The notes beneath the pieces were generated by a model. That model was not told the origin of the DNA. It made no database searches and saw only the letters and a program-made list of their open reading frames with translations. Source: Vicugna vicugna (Eukaryota). Taken from it: DNA of 29,117 bases. Positions 1 to 12,855 of this stretch are shown here, piece by piece; the first letter of the stretch is position 1; every line of letters starts with the position of its first letter. The position numbers and the translations under genes are program-made. The stretch covers positions 434,001 through 463,117 of the forward strand of contig MU057880.1 in the NCBI GenBank assembly GCA_013265495.1, read 5' to 3'.

Positions 1-534
1 GGCCTGGACCACCCCAGAGCTGTGTTGAGGCAAGGCTCAAAGGCTGGCCGTGGTCTTGCTGGCCCAGGTCACCCCCTCACACAGCTTGACAGTAACAGGC
101 TTAGAGCCTCATTCAATTTTGCCACAGTTTCAGATGCATTTTGTTAGGTCCAATTTACTGGTTCTGAAGCTGGCTGTATTTTGGGACTTCAATGCTCTTG
201 TTGATCATGGAAGCATCTTTAGTCTCTTCCCTTGTTTTCTGCTCCAAATTTGGATTAGCTTTTACCCTCTGCTCTAAGCCTTCCCTCCCAGGTTACAGCC
301 TCGCAGTTTTCTCTTATCTGTAATAGAAAGGAGCAGTTAACAGGATAATGTAGTGCTCTTAATGTCAATGAGAAACGATTAATAGAAGAGTCTGGTACAG
401 GTCCCAGCTCTGTGACGAATGATGGGTTGGTCTGTCCACATTTTGAAATCATAGTTTTCTTATCGAAGGTTTGACTCAGCTCTGAAAACATATGCATTTT
501 CTGCTTTTTATCAAGGTGAGGACATTTATGTGCA

Positions 535-3470
535 TTCCTATTTTTCTGAGAGTTTTTATCATGAAAGGGTGTGGACTTTTGTTAAATGCTTTTTCTGCAT
601 TAACCGATAAAATCATGTGACTTTTGGTTTTGTCTGTTAAGACAGTGAAGTTTGCTTTCTGACTAAAGATACGGTCTACTTCGGTGTATGTTGCATGGTA
701 TTCATTGTTGTGTATTCGTTGTTGTGTGGACTGCTCTGTAAGTGTTGATTCGATCTTGTTGGCTGAGGGTGTTCAGTTCTTTTACATCTTTGCTGAATTT
801 CAGCCTAATTGTTTTATCAATTGGTTAAAGAAAGGAGCTGAAGTCTCCAACTATAATAGTGGATTTGTCTATTTCTCCTTTCATTTCTATAAGTTCTTGT
901 TTCATGGATTTTGAAGGTCTGCTGTGTGATAGATACACATTCAGGATTGCTATGTCTTCTTGGTGAACTTATACTTTGATCATTCTATAATACCCTTCTC
1001 TGTCTCTAGCAATTTTCTTTGCTCTCTTGTGTACTTATCTCATATTAATATAGCTACTCATGCTTTCTTCTGATTAATGTTTGCATAATGTAACTCTTCC
1101 CCTTTTTCTTTCAACCTATCTACACTGTTATGTATGAAATGATTTTTTGTGAACAGCATATAAGTGGGTCAGATTTTTTTAATACACTCTGCCAATCTTT
1201 ATCTTTTAATTGGTATATTTAAGCTGTTCACGTGTAATGCAATTATTTGTATGTTAGACTTTAAGTTTGCCAGTTGTTTTCTGTTTGTTCTGTTTTTTTT
1301 GTTTCTCGGTTTTCTCTTCCCTGTCTGCCTGTGTGTTACCAGAACATATTTCAGTGTTCCATTTTGCTTCATTTAGTATTTTGGGGTGTATCCTTTTGTA
1401 TAGTTTTTAGTCATTGCTAGGTATTCCATTATATATTTATAACTTGTAACCATCTCCTGGTGTCCTTATTTTACCAGTTTGAGAGAAGTATAGAAACCTT
1501 ATCCTTATGTTGTTTTACTCTCACCCTCTTACAATGGGCTAAAATATTTTTCTACGTTCATTAAGAACCATATCTAGCAGTGTAACAACTTTTGCTTCAA
1601 CTCTCAAACATAATTTAGGAAACCCAAAAGAAGAAAAAAAAGTGTCTTGTATTTATGTGTTTACTCTTGTCATTGTTCTTTCTTCCCTTCAGATGTTGCA
1701 AGTTTCCTTCTTTCATCATTTCTTTTGTTTTGAGAACTTCTTTTAGCCTTTCTTTTAAGGACACTCTATTGGCAAGAAACCTGATTAGTTTTTCTTCATC
1801 TGAGAATGCCTTGATTTCCTCTTCATTTGTGAAGTATATCTAGCTGAGTATAGGATTTTGTGTTGACAGCTCTTTGCATTCATCACTTCAAAAATATTGT
1901 GTGACTTCCTTCTGGCTTCCATGGTTTCTCATGGTGAATCTGTTATTCAAATTGTTTTTCCTGTACTGTTAGGATGGCATGTCTCTCTTTCTTTTCAGCC
2001 ATTATTTTTCACCCATTATTTCTTCAAGTGCTTTTTCAGTTTTGTCTTCCTTCTCTGCTTCTTCTAGGACTCTGATGACAATAATGTTAAATATTTTGTT
2101 ATGGTCCCAAGGGTCCCTGGAGGTCTGTTTACCTTTTTTTCAATCTATCTTTCTCTGCTATTCAGAGTTGGTAATTTCTACTGCTCTGTCTTCAAGTTCA
2201 CTGATTCTTTCCTCTATCCCCTCTAGTCTGCTCTTAAGTTCATTCACTGAGTGTTTTTGTTTGTTTGGTTGGTTGGTTGGTTACCATATTTTTCAGTCTT
2301 AAATGTTCCATTTCTCTTTTTATATCTTCTATTTCCTTGGTGATACTTTCTACACTTGTTTGTTTCAAGCACACCTGTAATGCTTGTTGAAGCATTTTTA
2401 TGATGAATGCTCTAAGACTTTTACCAGATAATTCTAACATTTTTGTCATCTGAGTCTTGGCATCTATTTATTGACTTTTTTCATTCCGTTTGAGATCTTC
2501 CTTGTTCTTGCAATGAGTGGTTTTCTTTTGAAACCTAGGCCTTATGTAATGGGATTTTGGATTTTATTTAAATCTTGTCTGTTTTAGTTCATTTTTTCCA
2601 CAGGGGTGAACAGAAGTGGAGGGTGCACTGCCTCAAAGCTGCCAGATGGGGTAGAATTTCAAGTTCCCTCTTGACCTTCTCTGACATCCAAGGGGAGGGC
2701 CTAGGCATCACTGTTGGAGCTCCTTATCCCTGCCACCCACCTCCCCGGCTGAGAGGGGACAAGGGGCCATGTCACTGCTCCCCTTATGGCCTCCACTGAC
2801 ATCATGGGGGGAGGACTGGCCTCATTCCTGCTGGTTGGGAGAAAAGTCCTGACTCTGCAGTCAGTGTGCTCAGAAACCACCGCAGCAGGGAGAGAAGGTG
2901 GGGCATCTCATTACTGCTCACACTGCGGGGCAGGTGTGGAAATCTACATGGTCTCTACCGACACTGCCTGGGAGGGAGGAAAGTCCCCACTCCTGTTCTG
3001 CTCCCTCTGACCCTAGATCCTAGTAGGAGGAGGCTGGCCTTGGAGGCCACGGGAGCCCGAGGACAGCGGAAACCAGGCTTCCCAACTAAGCCCTGGATGC
3101 CCAGGGGAAGGTGGGGCCCCAGTTCTCCCTGCAGCGTTGTACCGGAGCAGTGCAGCTGCTGTCTCCCAGTTTTCGGTTTTGCTGGCTGCCTGTTTCTTGG
3201 TTCTTTGGCCACAGAGCAGGCTTGTTTTGTTTGGTTGAATTCACTGGCGATTCTGGGTTGCCAGCTCCTGTAGCTCCGAGTCTGGGATGCATGAAGCATA
3301 AAGAAACCGGGAACATGTCACCTCTGGTCCTGAGGTCTCTAGCCAGCCTGCCTTCTTCTCTCCACCTTCCAGAGTCATCTTATGTTGGTTTTATATATAA
3401 CGTCAGGATTTTTAGTTCTACTTAGTGGAAGGAGGAGAGAAAATACATTTATTCCATCTTCCCAGAAGCA
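535..3470 (-). mobile_element. Ancient degenerate LINE-1 (L1M-type): 5' region, ORF1 and start of ORF2 fragments
   Basis: T-rich plus strand with antisense L1 motifs (gaagtctccaactataatagtggatttgtctatttctcc; tgttaaatgctttttctgcat). A coiled-coil-like ORF1 remnant lies at 2240-2449. Ends in ccatcttcccagaag. Boundaries approximate. Confidence 0.75.
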
Positions 3471-5639
3471 GTTTTTATAAAACTGAAACTGCAGTAAGCT
3501 ACTATCAACACTAGAGGTCTCTTCTCACACACTTTTGATTTTATTTATTTTATTTATTTTTTTGAAAGGCTAATTTTAAGCATTCTCAAACATAATTCTA
3601 AGGGACTAAATTGGTCCTTTAATTTATTTTCAATTCCTAAATATCCAAAATTTCTCAAATTTCATCTTGGAAAAAAAATCAGCTTTATCTAATTATTTTC
3701 TCAAGATTACATTATTCCGTGGGAGAGGCTATCGGCCAGAGTAAACCGTGGACTTATCACTCATCCACATTAATCAGTTTATTTTTGTCATGTTAGAGCC
3801 ATTAAAGTCTTTGAAGGAAGCACACTTACAGTAAGGTTTCAGAATTTCAAAATTAGTTTTATGATTTAGGTATCTTTCATCAAAAAGCATTCATTGAAAA
3901 CCTAATTGTTCCCCCAACCTGCAGAAAAGCAATTTACAAAAACCAACCAAACAAACAAACAAAAAATCATTTACCCATTTTAACCAATCTTGTGAGCTGT
4001 ACGGGACACCAGAGGTTATCATACTTGAATCTCTCAATTTTTGTTTACCAAATGCAAGCCAAAAACTGAGTTCAATGTTGCGTCTGGAAAAACTGGGACT
4101 TCTTGGGGCTTCCCCAGTGGATTGGCAGCTCCCACTGCAGCGTTGCCTGCTCTGACCTCTCACCCACATGCTTTCGCTTTCGTCTTCTTTCAGAATAAAT
4201 TGTCACCACAGGAATTCTGAAGGAAGCTCCTGGTGCCTGTGGAAATATAGCTTTTCATCCCATTTCAAGGGTAGGTGAAGGTCATACACCAGTTCTCTAA
4301 CCCAGCTCTCCGTGAGCCTGTGGCCGCCTAATTGAAACCCTGTTTTTATCTTCAGATAGAGGAATTCCCATGACTTCTAACCGGACCAGCAGGATTTTAC
4401 TCTTAAACCTCTTCTGCATCTAGAAATCAGAAATCACCATAACAAAACATGGAGGTCATTTCAAACTGAGCTTCCCTAAACTTTTGACCTTTTTGCTTTT
4501 GTGAGTGAAGAAAGTGGTGGAAAAAATTTTCTTCCAATAGAAAGCTTTTTAGTTGCCTATTATTCAGAACTGGTGGTCTTGACAGCTTAGGGGGTAAAAA
4601 AGGGCGTCAAAAATCTGCATAATGAAAGACATCCCCTGCCATGAACTGTAAGAGTGATATATGCGCCTGCTGGAGTTTTCCAGAGCCTTCTCCTCTGGCC
4701 ACCTGCTGACCCCTGCCTCTACTTGTGAACTCACCCCCAGAAGCCAGCACCTGCTTCACCTCCCTCATGCAGGGTCTGGAGGAAAACATGAGATAAGAAA
4801 TGCAAGCAGGATATGAAAAGTCCAAAGTAATGTTTAAATTTTCTTTGTGAATAAACTTTAGTCATTTTACTCTACAAGTTTTTTTTTTTTTTCCTTCCCC
4901 AAAGCTGGAGGGAACATTGCTGAAGCTTGTCCATTTGCTGGCAGTGTGGTAGAGGGGTTTGGGGGGCAAAAACAGAACAACATGTGAGACACATAGCAGT
5001 GTAACTTAAAGTGCTGGAGGAAACACGAGGGCTGTTTGTACTGACAGTGAGAGGACAGAGGGAAGAAATAAACAGCTCCAGGTCCTGAGCGCCTTGTCTA
5101 TTTCAAAAGCAGTGTTTCCTTTAGGCTTAAATGAAAGGACGCCACTAAGCGCTTCTAAGCAGAAGAGCCAAATGAATCGATTTACATTTAAGAAGGATGT
5201 TGCTAATAGTTCCTGGACTAAGGGGTGAGGTGAGGTCACAAGATGAGTTGGAAGCCGGAGCCCAGGAGAGACACGGTGAAGCCCCGCACCGAGGCAGTGA
5301 CGGCAGACTAGGACTGTGGAAGATGCTGAGCAGATGGGACTTTGGGTCCTTGGTTCTGTTTGGGGGGGAGAAACGGGAGTTAAGTGTGACTCAGATTTTC
5401 TGAAGGAGAAAACTGGATCGATGGTTTTAAATGCTGTTGTTGTTGTTTCGTATTATATTCTCCTCAGTCTCTAAGAATAGACCTCCTCCTAATTTTGATT
5501 TCACAGTTTTCCCAAGATGTGCGAAACCAAGTTCCCATTATGCACTCGTACCTTGTGTGAAGTTGTAAATCATCTCAGACTAATGTAATATATAGTATAT
5601 CCAAAATTCAGCGTTCAAAAATAATTGAAAAGTGAAAGC

Positions 5640-5850
5640 ATTTTATGTGGAAATGGCATGATTTCTTGAATGTTCTTCAAAATAATCCACTGAGAGAGCA
5701 GGGGTATAAAGGGATAAAAACGAAATAATATTGGCTTCTTGTGAATAATTGTTGAAAATGAGTGCCCAGAGGAGTGGCAATATACTATCCTCTCTACCTC
5801 TGTGAATGTTTTAAAGTTTACATAATAAATACTTTTAACTAGTTAAAAAG
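5640..5850 (+). mobile_element. Old L1M 3'-end fragment
   Basis: Resembles L1MC/MD 3' UTR (ttcttcaaaataatcca...ataattgttgaa...tatactatcctctctac...cataataaa). Confidence 0.55.
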
Positions 5851-5967
5851 AAAATTAAATAGAGGTACAATTTCTAAAAAAATTTTTTCTAAGGAAATTT
5901 TGTCTCAAAGTAAAAGCAAGAGAATACCATTCTGGGAATTGGGTAGTAATGGCTGTTCAGTATTTTT

Positions 5968-6047
5968 CTTTAGTTTTGTTTTTATTGAAATATAGTTAGT
6001 TATGATGTGTCAGTTTCTGGTGTACAGCACAATGTCCCGGTCATGAA
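5968..6047 (-). mobile_element. Very short 5'-truncated younger L1 3' end with target-site duplication
   Basis: ttttattgaaatatagtt...gtttctggtgtacagca, flanked by gttcagtattttt (5955-5967) and gttcagtttttt (6048-6059). Confidence 0.65.
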
Positions 6048-6991
6048 GTTCAGTTTTTTAATCTCTCTGAATTTCCCTATAAAAACAAGCAGAGAAACCT
6101 CGAAAGCAAAACCAAAGACGGAGATGTACTAAATTACTATCAGTGACTCCCTGGAAAGTACGGTGGACTTTTCTGAGAATGGCTGCAGAAACAGGGCGGG
6201 CGACTGATTAGCAGATGTTGTTGTGCAGAAAGTTCCATAAGGGATGCAGGATCTGAGGATGCTGGGTTGGTGCAGGGGCTCGTGTCTGTGAATCCCCTGC
6301 AGTGACAAACCAGACCAACACTCCTCGGCACAGCCCTGCATGGAGAAGTTGCTCAGAGTAGAGTCGTCCTTGAGAAGGACAGGATGGTAGGGGTGAAGGA
6401 AAGAGAAGGTCCAGATAAGATTAGGGGAGAGGAACAGGAGAGGAACATCCCACACAGTTCTCTGCTGTACTTTTTATTACTTTCTGAAAACAACAAAACA
6501 GAGAACCCTAGCGTCATGAAGTCAGAAAAGCTATCCTGGCTCATTTGTCCCTCTTAAAAAGACAGAAATACTCAATTCACTTGAAAATGAGCTGCAGAAA
6601 ACAATTTATCAAATTTCAAACCAAGTTGTTATAAATAGAAAGAAAAAGAGAATTGGGAGTGTATTAAATCCTTGCATACTATGAAATAGTGCCAGAAATT
6701 CAAGCTAATGCAATGAAGGAAAACTTTAGCCTTATAGTTCAAAATACAGTTAAAAAATAATATAAGGAGAACTATGATAAGCATTGACAGAACATGAAAA
6801 ATTGGAATTTTTAAAAAATTGCATACATAAGAGTATACATAGAAAATGTTAAATGAAAAGCAAAAGGACTGAGAACTTATTTAGAAAAAAATCATTTGAG
6901 AAAGAAAGATAAACCAAAATAAACACAATAACAAACACAACACAAAATACTAGGGAAAGTAAAAGATAGCAAAGGAGGAAGTTTGTTTAAA

Positions 6992-7720
6992 CTTTGCTTT
7001 TTATTGAAGTGTAGTTGATTTACAATGTTAGTTTCAGGTGTACAGCAAAGTGTTTCAGTTATACATACACATACACATACATTTATGTTCTTTTTCTGAT
7101 TCTTTTCCATTATATGTTACTGCAATAAGTTGAATATATTTCCCTGTGTATATATAGTAGGTCCTTGTTTATCTATTTTATATACAGTAATGTGTATCTT
7201 TTAATCCTAAACTCCTAATTTATGCCTCTTCTGCCCTTTCCCTTTGGTAACCATAGTTTGTTTTCTATGTCTGTGAGTCTATTTTTGGTTTGTAAATAAG
7301 ATTTGTATCATATTTTTTTAGATTTCACATATAACTGATATATGATATTTGTCTGACTTACTTCACTTAATATGATAATCTCTAGGTCCATTCATGTTGC
7401 TGCAAATGGCATTATTTTACTCTTTTTATGACTGAGTAATATTCCGTCATATATATATATATATATAATCTCTCACATCTTCTCTATTCATCTGTCGGTG
7501 GACATTTAGGTGGCTTCTATGCCTTGGATATTGTAAATAGTGCTGCTATGAACATTGGGGTGCCTGTGTCTTTTCAAGTTAGAGTTTTCCCTGGATATAT
7601 GCTCAGGAGTGGAATTTCTGGAGCATAGGGTTAGTTTATTTTTAGTTTTTTAAGGAACCTCTTTACTGCCCTCCATAGTGGCTGCACCAATTTGCATCTC
7701 CACCAACAGTGTAGTAGGGC
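6992..7720 (-). mobile_element. 5'-truncated L1 (3' UTR and end of ORF2)
   Basis: Canonical antisense L1 3' sequence: tttattgaagtgtagttgatttacaatg...catgttgctgcaaatggcattatt...ccatagtggctgcaccaatttgcat. Contains an internal (AT)n at ~7449-7467. Confidence 0.9.
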
Positions 7721-8036
7721 TCACAAATGAGGAAATGTTTAAATATTGAAAGGAAATGAAGAAAGAGGTAAAAAAGGATTTGATAGAAAGTGGTAGACTT
7801 AGAAAACAGTAAAAGAAGATCTAACGTGTATATAGGGGGTCTCTGAAGAGGAAAACCAAATAATTCAAGCAAACAGATGCTGAAATCTAAAATTCAATAG
7901 AACTTTCTTTAGGGGAGATGTGAAACTATTTATTGACTGTTCCACTTGCTTGTATGTATAGTAGCCAACCACTCAGTGCAAGATTTATTCTAACAGAACT
8001 ATAGCTCTTCAGGGGGTAAAATGTCCTGTAGGCACA

Positions 8037-8362
8037 TAGAATTGGCCCTCCATAACCAAAGGTTTCATATCCAGTGGTTCAACCAACTTCAGATCCAAAA
8101 TATTCAAGAAAAAACTCCAGAAATTTCCAAAAAGTAAAACTTGAATTTGCCACACACTGGCGACCATTTACATAGTGTTTACATTGTATTAGGTGTTGTA
8201 AGTAATCTAGGGATGATTTAAAGTATACAGGAGGGTGTGCTTAGGTTGTATGCAAATATATTATATGCACCATTTTATTAGGAACTTGAGCATGTGTGGA
8301 TTTTGGTACCCATGTAGGGGTCCTGGAACCAATCCCCCATGAATATCAAGGGACAAATTGTA
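8037..8362 (-). mobile_element. MER2/MER2B-like TcMar-Tigger non-autonomous DNA transposon
   Basis: Matches the recalled MER2 consensus (ggggtcctggaaccaatccccc; taatctagggatgatttaaagtatacaggagg) with degenerate terminal inverted repeats. Confidence 0.85.
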
Positions 8363-8854
8363 CTTAAAAGGAAAATAAACTCAGTTTGTCATCAGATTTT
8401 GAGTTAGCACTACTTTATGCAAGAAGACAATGGCATGCTCTTTTTAAGATGCTCAAGAAAAGAAATGTGAGCTAAGGATTTTAGATTCAGCCACATGGAA
8501 TTTCAAGTGCAAGATCTTTCCCCACAAATCTTTCTTAATGAAACTTCTAGAGAACTAACTTCAAACAACCAAAATGACCAGAGAGACAGTATCGTAAAGA
8601 TGGTGAAATATAGCTAAGATTGTGAACCTGGCCCACCCATTTCAGGAAAATCTCTATAATTTTACACCAGACCACAAACTTTGGCTTATTTCAAGCCAAG
8701 AATTGTTTGCTTTAGTGGCTTCAACGTTTCTAGTTTAGATTCAGACAACTAAGTCAACTTTTACCAGCTTTGTAGGGGAAAATATTTCTGGGAGACTTGG
8801 GAAACATTTCAAAGAATGAACGTAAACTTTTAGCAAGCTGTAGGTAATGAATGT

Positions 8855-9320
8855 CCCTTGCTGCCTGATAAATTGCTCCTAAAACCTACCTACTTAAAAC
8901 AACAAATAATTTCTGTGGCCAAGAACTGGGGAGCAGCTTAGCTGTTTGTTTCTACCTCAAGGGCTTGCATGACGTTGAGGACAACTTGTCTACCAGGGCA
9001 CCAGGCACCTCAAAGCTTCGCTGGAGCTGAAACGTCCTTCCACGCTCACTCACGTGGTGTTGGCCGGCCAGTTGGTCAGCACATGGGCCTCCGCCCAGGC
9101 TGCCTGAGCAGCCTCGAGGCATGTCAGAGGCTTTCCCCAAGAGCTGTGCTCCGAAAGAAAAGCATGAACCCAAGACAGACGTCACTGTCTTTTACAGTCT
9201 AATCTTGGACGTCACATACCTTCACTTCTGCCATGTTTTGTGGACCAAATGCAACATGGAAGGGGGCACAAGGGTACAAAAACCAGGAAACAGAGATCAC
9301 TGAGGGCGACTGGGGGGGCG
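8855..9320 (-). mobile_element. MaLR solo LTR (MLT1F/G-like)
   Basis: ttgctgc...acttaaaacaac...ttctgtggccaagaactggggagcagcttagctg...cacttctgccat motifs. Confidence 0.7.
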
Positions 9321-9334
9321 CTCAGGGATGTCAA

Positions 9335-9402
9335 TTTCTCAAAGTCACATAATTGGAAGGAGGAAGATCTGGATTTTAAACCTAAATCTATGTGACTTCA
9401 GA
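9335..9402. mobile_element. MIR fragment
   Basis: caaagtcacata...ggattttaaacctaaatctatgtgacttcaga resembles the MIR core. Confidence 0.5.
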
Positions 9403-9739
9403 AATTATTCTATTTGTAATATATTCAAACCAAGATGGAATGTGGATCATTCATGTTCTAGATCTTTCTCTTGTAATTAAACGACAAGAAAAATGGAGCT
9501 AACTTTTCCAAGGGTCCCATACCTATTCTTTCAACAGATAAATGGGTTTCAGCTGGCTCTCAAGTGACCTTGGATGTCCACACACACATCTTCAAAGTGC
9601 AGCCTAACAGCTTAGCCGCTCACTGCTTCCAGTAGAAACTCATAATTTTCACATGTAACTTAAGTCCGTGTGTTTTCAGTAACGAAGGAACAGAATGGTC
9701 TGGATTACAGGAGCCCACCCTACATTTTAAGGAAGTGGT

Positions 9740-10885
9740 TTTGTTGACACTTTTCATTATACAACATCAAATGCACTTTCTTGAAGCTATCACTGCCAAT
9801 CTCAGCAGAAACGTCTTTCCCCATTGAGAAGCTGTCAAGTTTACAATAGCAGATGCAGATTTTCCAAATTCTAATTTTCACTTGACGGCTTGTATTTTAT
9901 TGTGGGCAGCAAATACTATTAGTCGTTTTCCCTGACATGGTGGGCTAACCTTTTTCATTTTTGGAAAAAAAAAAAGTTTACCAAATGTCTTAGTCAGTTT
10001 GGGCGGCTATAATAAATTACCATAGACTGGGTGCTTATGAAGAACAGAAATTTATTTCTCACAGCTCTGGCGGCTGGAAGTCTGAGGTCAGGGTGACGGT
10101 GTGGACGACTGCTGGAGAGAGCGCTCTTCCAGGGTGCGGCCTGCTGACTTCTCGTGTCCTCATGGGTGGAGAGCAGAGGGAGGCAGCAAGCTCTCTCGTC
10201 ACCCTTATAAGGGTGCTAATCCCACTGATGAAGGGCCCCCCCCATGACTTCTCCTAATCTGACGACCTCTCCCAGTCCCCCCTCTTCATACCATCACATG
10301 GGGGAGCAGGGTTTCAACATGAATTTTGGAGACACAACGTTCAGTTCCTAACATCAAATATCTGAATCTGAATAATCACAGTCATTCCTTTGGAAAAAAT
10401 TGTGTTCCTGAAATTCTACCCCCACCCTCCAAAAAAGAGAAAAAGCTAGGTACCTTTATGCTCAAAAAAGTGCATTTTTAAAAAACCACTTCATGGAGGT
10501 ATGACTGGTATACAAACAAAACATTCCTGCTTCAGTCACTGCAGAAGCACTCTATTTGTATTTCCATTTCTTCATCCAGAATGATAAAAAGGCAAGTACT
10601 CAAGAGACAAGATTGCATGAGGTGTTAAAAATTTTACTGCCTCATCAAGGCCTGGTGAGTTTTTGTTTGTCAGTTTGTTTACTGCAAGCACGTGATGGTG
10701 ACAACCACAGTGACCACTAGGTGGCCAGCGGTTTACACACCCATGCTTTGTACCATCCGTGCAAACGTCAACACAGAGAAAAGAGCAAATGTGTTAGTAT
10801 TATGATGATTTCCAAAATGACAAAGTTTATAGAACTTTTGACCGGGCAGACCTTGAAAGTGCCTTGAGGACCACCGCTCTGAAAC
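9740..10885. mobile_element. Charlie1-like hAT DNA transposon fragment, split by an MLT1A LTR
   Basis: gagaagctgtcaag...ttttccaaattctaattttcacttga on the left of the LTR; tttactgcctcatcaagg...gtgcaaacgtcaacacag on the right. Confidence 0.75.
9986..10353 (-). mobile_element. MLT1A/MLT1A0 MaLR solo LTR
   Basis: TG...CA termini (tgtcttagtcagtttggg ... ttcagttcctaaca), the cagaaatttatttctcacag motif, and near-identical 5-bp flanks ccaaa/tcaaa. Confidence 0.88.
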
Positions 10886-12659
10886 TGTCAGCATCCTTAG
10901 ACTCTGATCACTTAAAGCCTTTCACCTGAGTTGCTGAGGCTTTCTGACCTTCGCCTTAATCCTGCTGCCTGAGCCCTTGGTCTGGGCTCAGCCCCGGCTC
11001 CCTGCGCTGACAGTAACCTCAACCACATCCCGTTTCTGGGAGACTGCATGCTTCACCCCAGTCCCAGGCAGCTCAACCCCAGGATCCAGATGCTTGGACC
11101 AAGAAGAATGTTAACAGGACTGTGAAAGTAACATTGGCATCGATTCACTCCAAATTACTTTTGGAGGGGAAAGCAGTTTGGTTGTTTTGCTTTGTTTTTT
11201 CTCACAAATCTGTATCTTTCAGGTTTGGTCATGTCCTGGGACTCTTTAAAAGGTAAGACTCTTAGCAGAGGACATCTGCCCTGTCCCCTGGGCAGCGGAG
11301 GCATGAGAGCAGCACGTGGGAGGGGGGGTCCCCAGTCTCTCCCCTCCCCTGTCGGGAAGGTCAACAGGAGAAGAAACACTCAGGGAGTCGGGACTCCCCA
11401 CCAGCCGGCGTTCACCCTGCTGGTCCTCGGGGAGTGACTTTTTCAGGTGAATCTTAGAAATTCCACATTGTACATGTTCTTTTCTGAGGCTAGGTTTGCA
11501 TGGGAGTCAATAACTATAATTTTCTTTAGAAATAATAATCATAACTGTGTGGTGCTGCGGCCGAACCCCTTCCCCACTCACATCCCCAGTCTGTCCTCTG
11601 CTATGTATTCATGTTCTGCTCCGCTACTTTGTTTCTTCTGCGCTTTTGGTCATTTAGATGCTATCAAAGCAAACTACCCGGTGATCCACGATCACACAAA
11701 TTCTATCATTTGAGAGTAACTGGAGGGTACCCTGGGCTAGAAATAGCTTGCTTGCAGGTGGTTCTGCCCCCAGGGAGTTGAAACCTGAGCAATGACCGAA
11801 AGGGATGGGTCGAACGTGTTCTGGAAAATGCGTGGGCTCGGCGGTTCCCTGACGCCGGGCAGGATGCGGACTACTGGCCCCACCCTCCGGCCCCAGGTTA
11901 GATCAGCGCCTCTGTCCACCCTCCCTCTGCCTCTGTCAGGGTGGCTGCTCCATCTTAGGCACTCAGAGTAGGAATTTTAAGTCTTGTTTTTTGGGGTTTT
12001 TTTGGGGGGTGGGGCGGTGAGAGCAAGGTTTCATTTTTTCTTTAATTTCTCATGTTCTGTTGAACATCAAATTCTACTGATTTTTTTCCTTTGAATCATC
12101 TTTGTTCCTCCCTCCTCTCTGGGCCCCATGCTTCCGGGCCCGGGTTACCCGCCTTCTACTCGCTCACCCTTGTGTCCTGGACTCCTGCCCAATCAGATCT
12201 GCGTTTCACAACGTCGTCTCATCACATCCTTCCTTCTGCTCCCCTGCTTCCTTCCTTTATTCCTAGCACTTACGGATCCCCTAGAATAACGAATACCATC
12301 TCTGTGGAACACGTTTGTCCACGTAATGTCACAGCCCCTTACTCACTGCAGTGCGTTTCAGGGTCTCCTGACCCCGAGGCCCGTCCAGTGGGCGCGGGTC
12401 CTCGCTGTCCAGGCGCCGCCTTCCGCAGCCCCTCCTCCCCCCGAAGACCTCAGGACGGAGCTGGAGGCTCTTCTCTGGGCGCCTCACTCCTTGTCCATCC
12501 TTCCTTCATCTGAGCTTCCACAGCGCGCAAAATTTAACTCCAAACAGTCTATTCTTTGCGCTTCTTCGTTAATCTTGCATCCTCGCTGTGAAGAGTCACT
12601 TATCTGTCAGTTATACCTAAACGAAGAAAATATAAATATTTGTAAGTCATTTTACTTCT

Positions 12660-12855
12660 GAATATTCAGCAGTACTGGGCAGTTACAGAGGCTCTTCAGT
12701 AAATGCATGTTCGTTGATTGTCCAATTTATCTGTATAACACGGGCCCTTCAGGGGCTGGGTAAGATGTTCATTTGCTAAAACCTTTGCAGTATCTTGGGC
12801 ACTGCTCTGGGTGCCGGTACAGTATCCCAGGCACTGTTCCAGGTGCTGGGAACGG
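12660..12855. mobile_element. Possible L2 3'-end fragments in opposite orientations
   Basis: aggctcttcagtaaatgcatgttcgttga and ccaggcactgttccaggtgctggg resemble L2 termini. Confidence 0.4.

Larger units (their letters stand above)
6560..8600 (+). mobile_element. Ancient L1/HAL1 ORF1-like fragment, interrupted by younger insertions
   Basis: A-rich degenerate ORF1-like sequence (aaagaagatctaacgtgtatatagggg; caagaagacaatggc; aaatgtgagctaaggattttagattcagcca) on both sides of the nested L1 and MER2. Confidence 0.5.

Noticed and set aside
2575..3425. Cluster of overlapping ORFs in a GC-richer patch
   Set aside because: Most likely the degenerate 5' region of the antisense L1; there is no recognisable product or splice structure.
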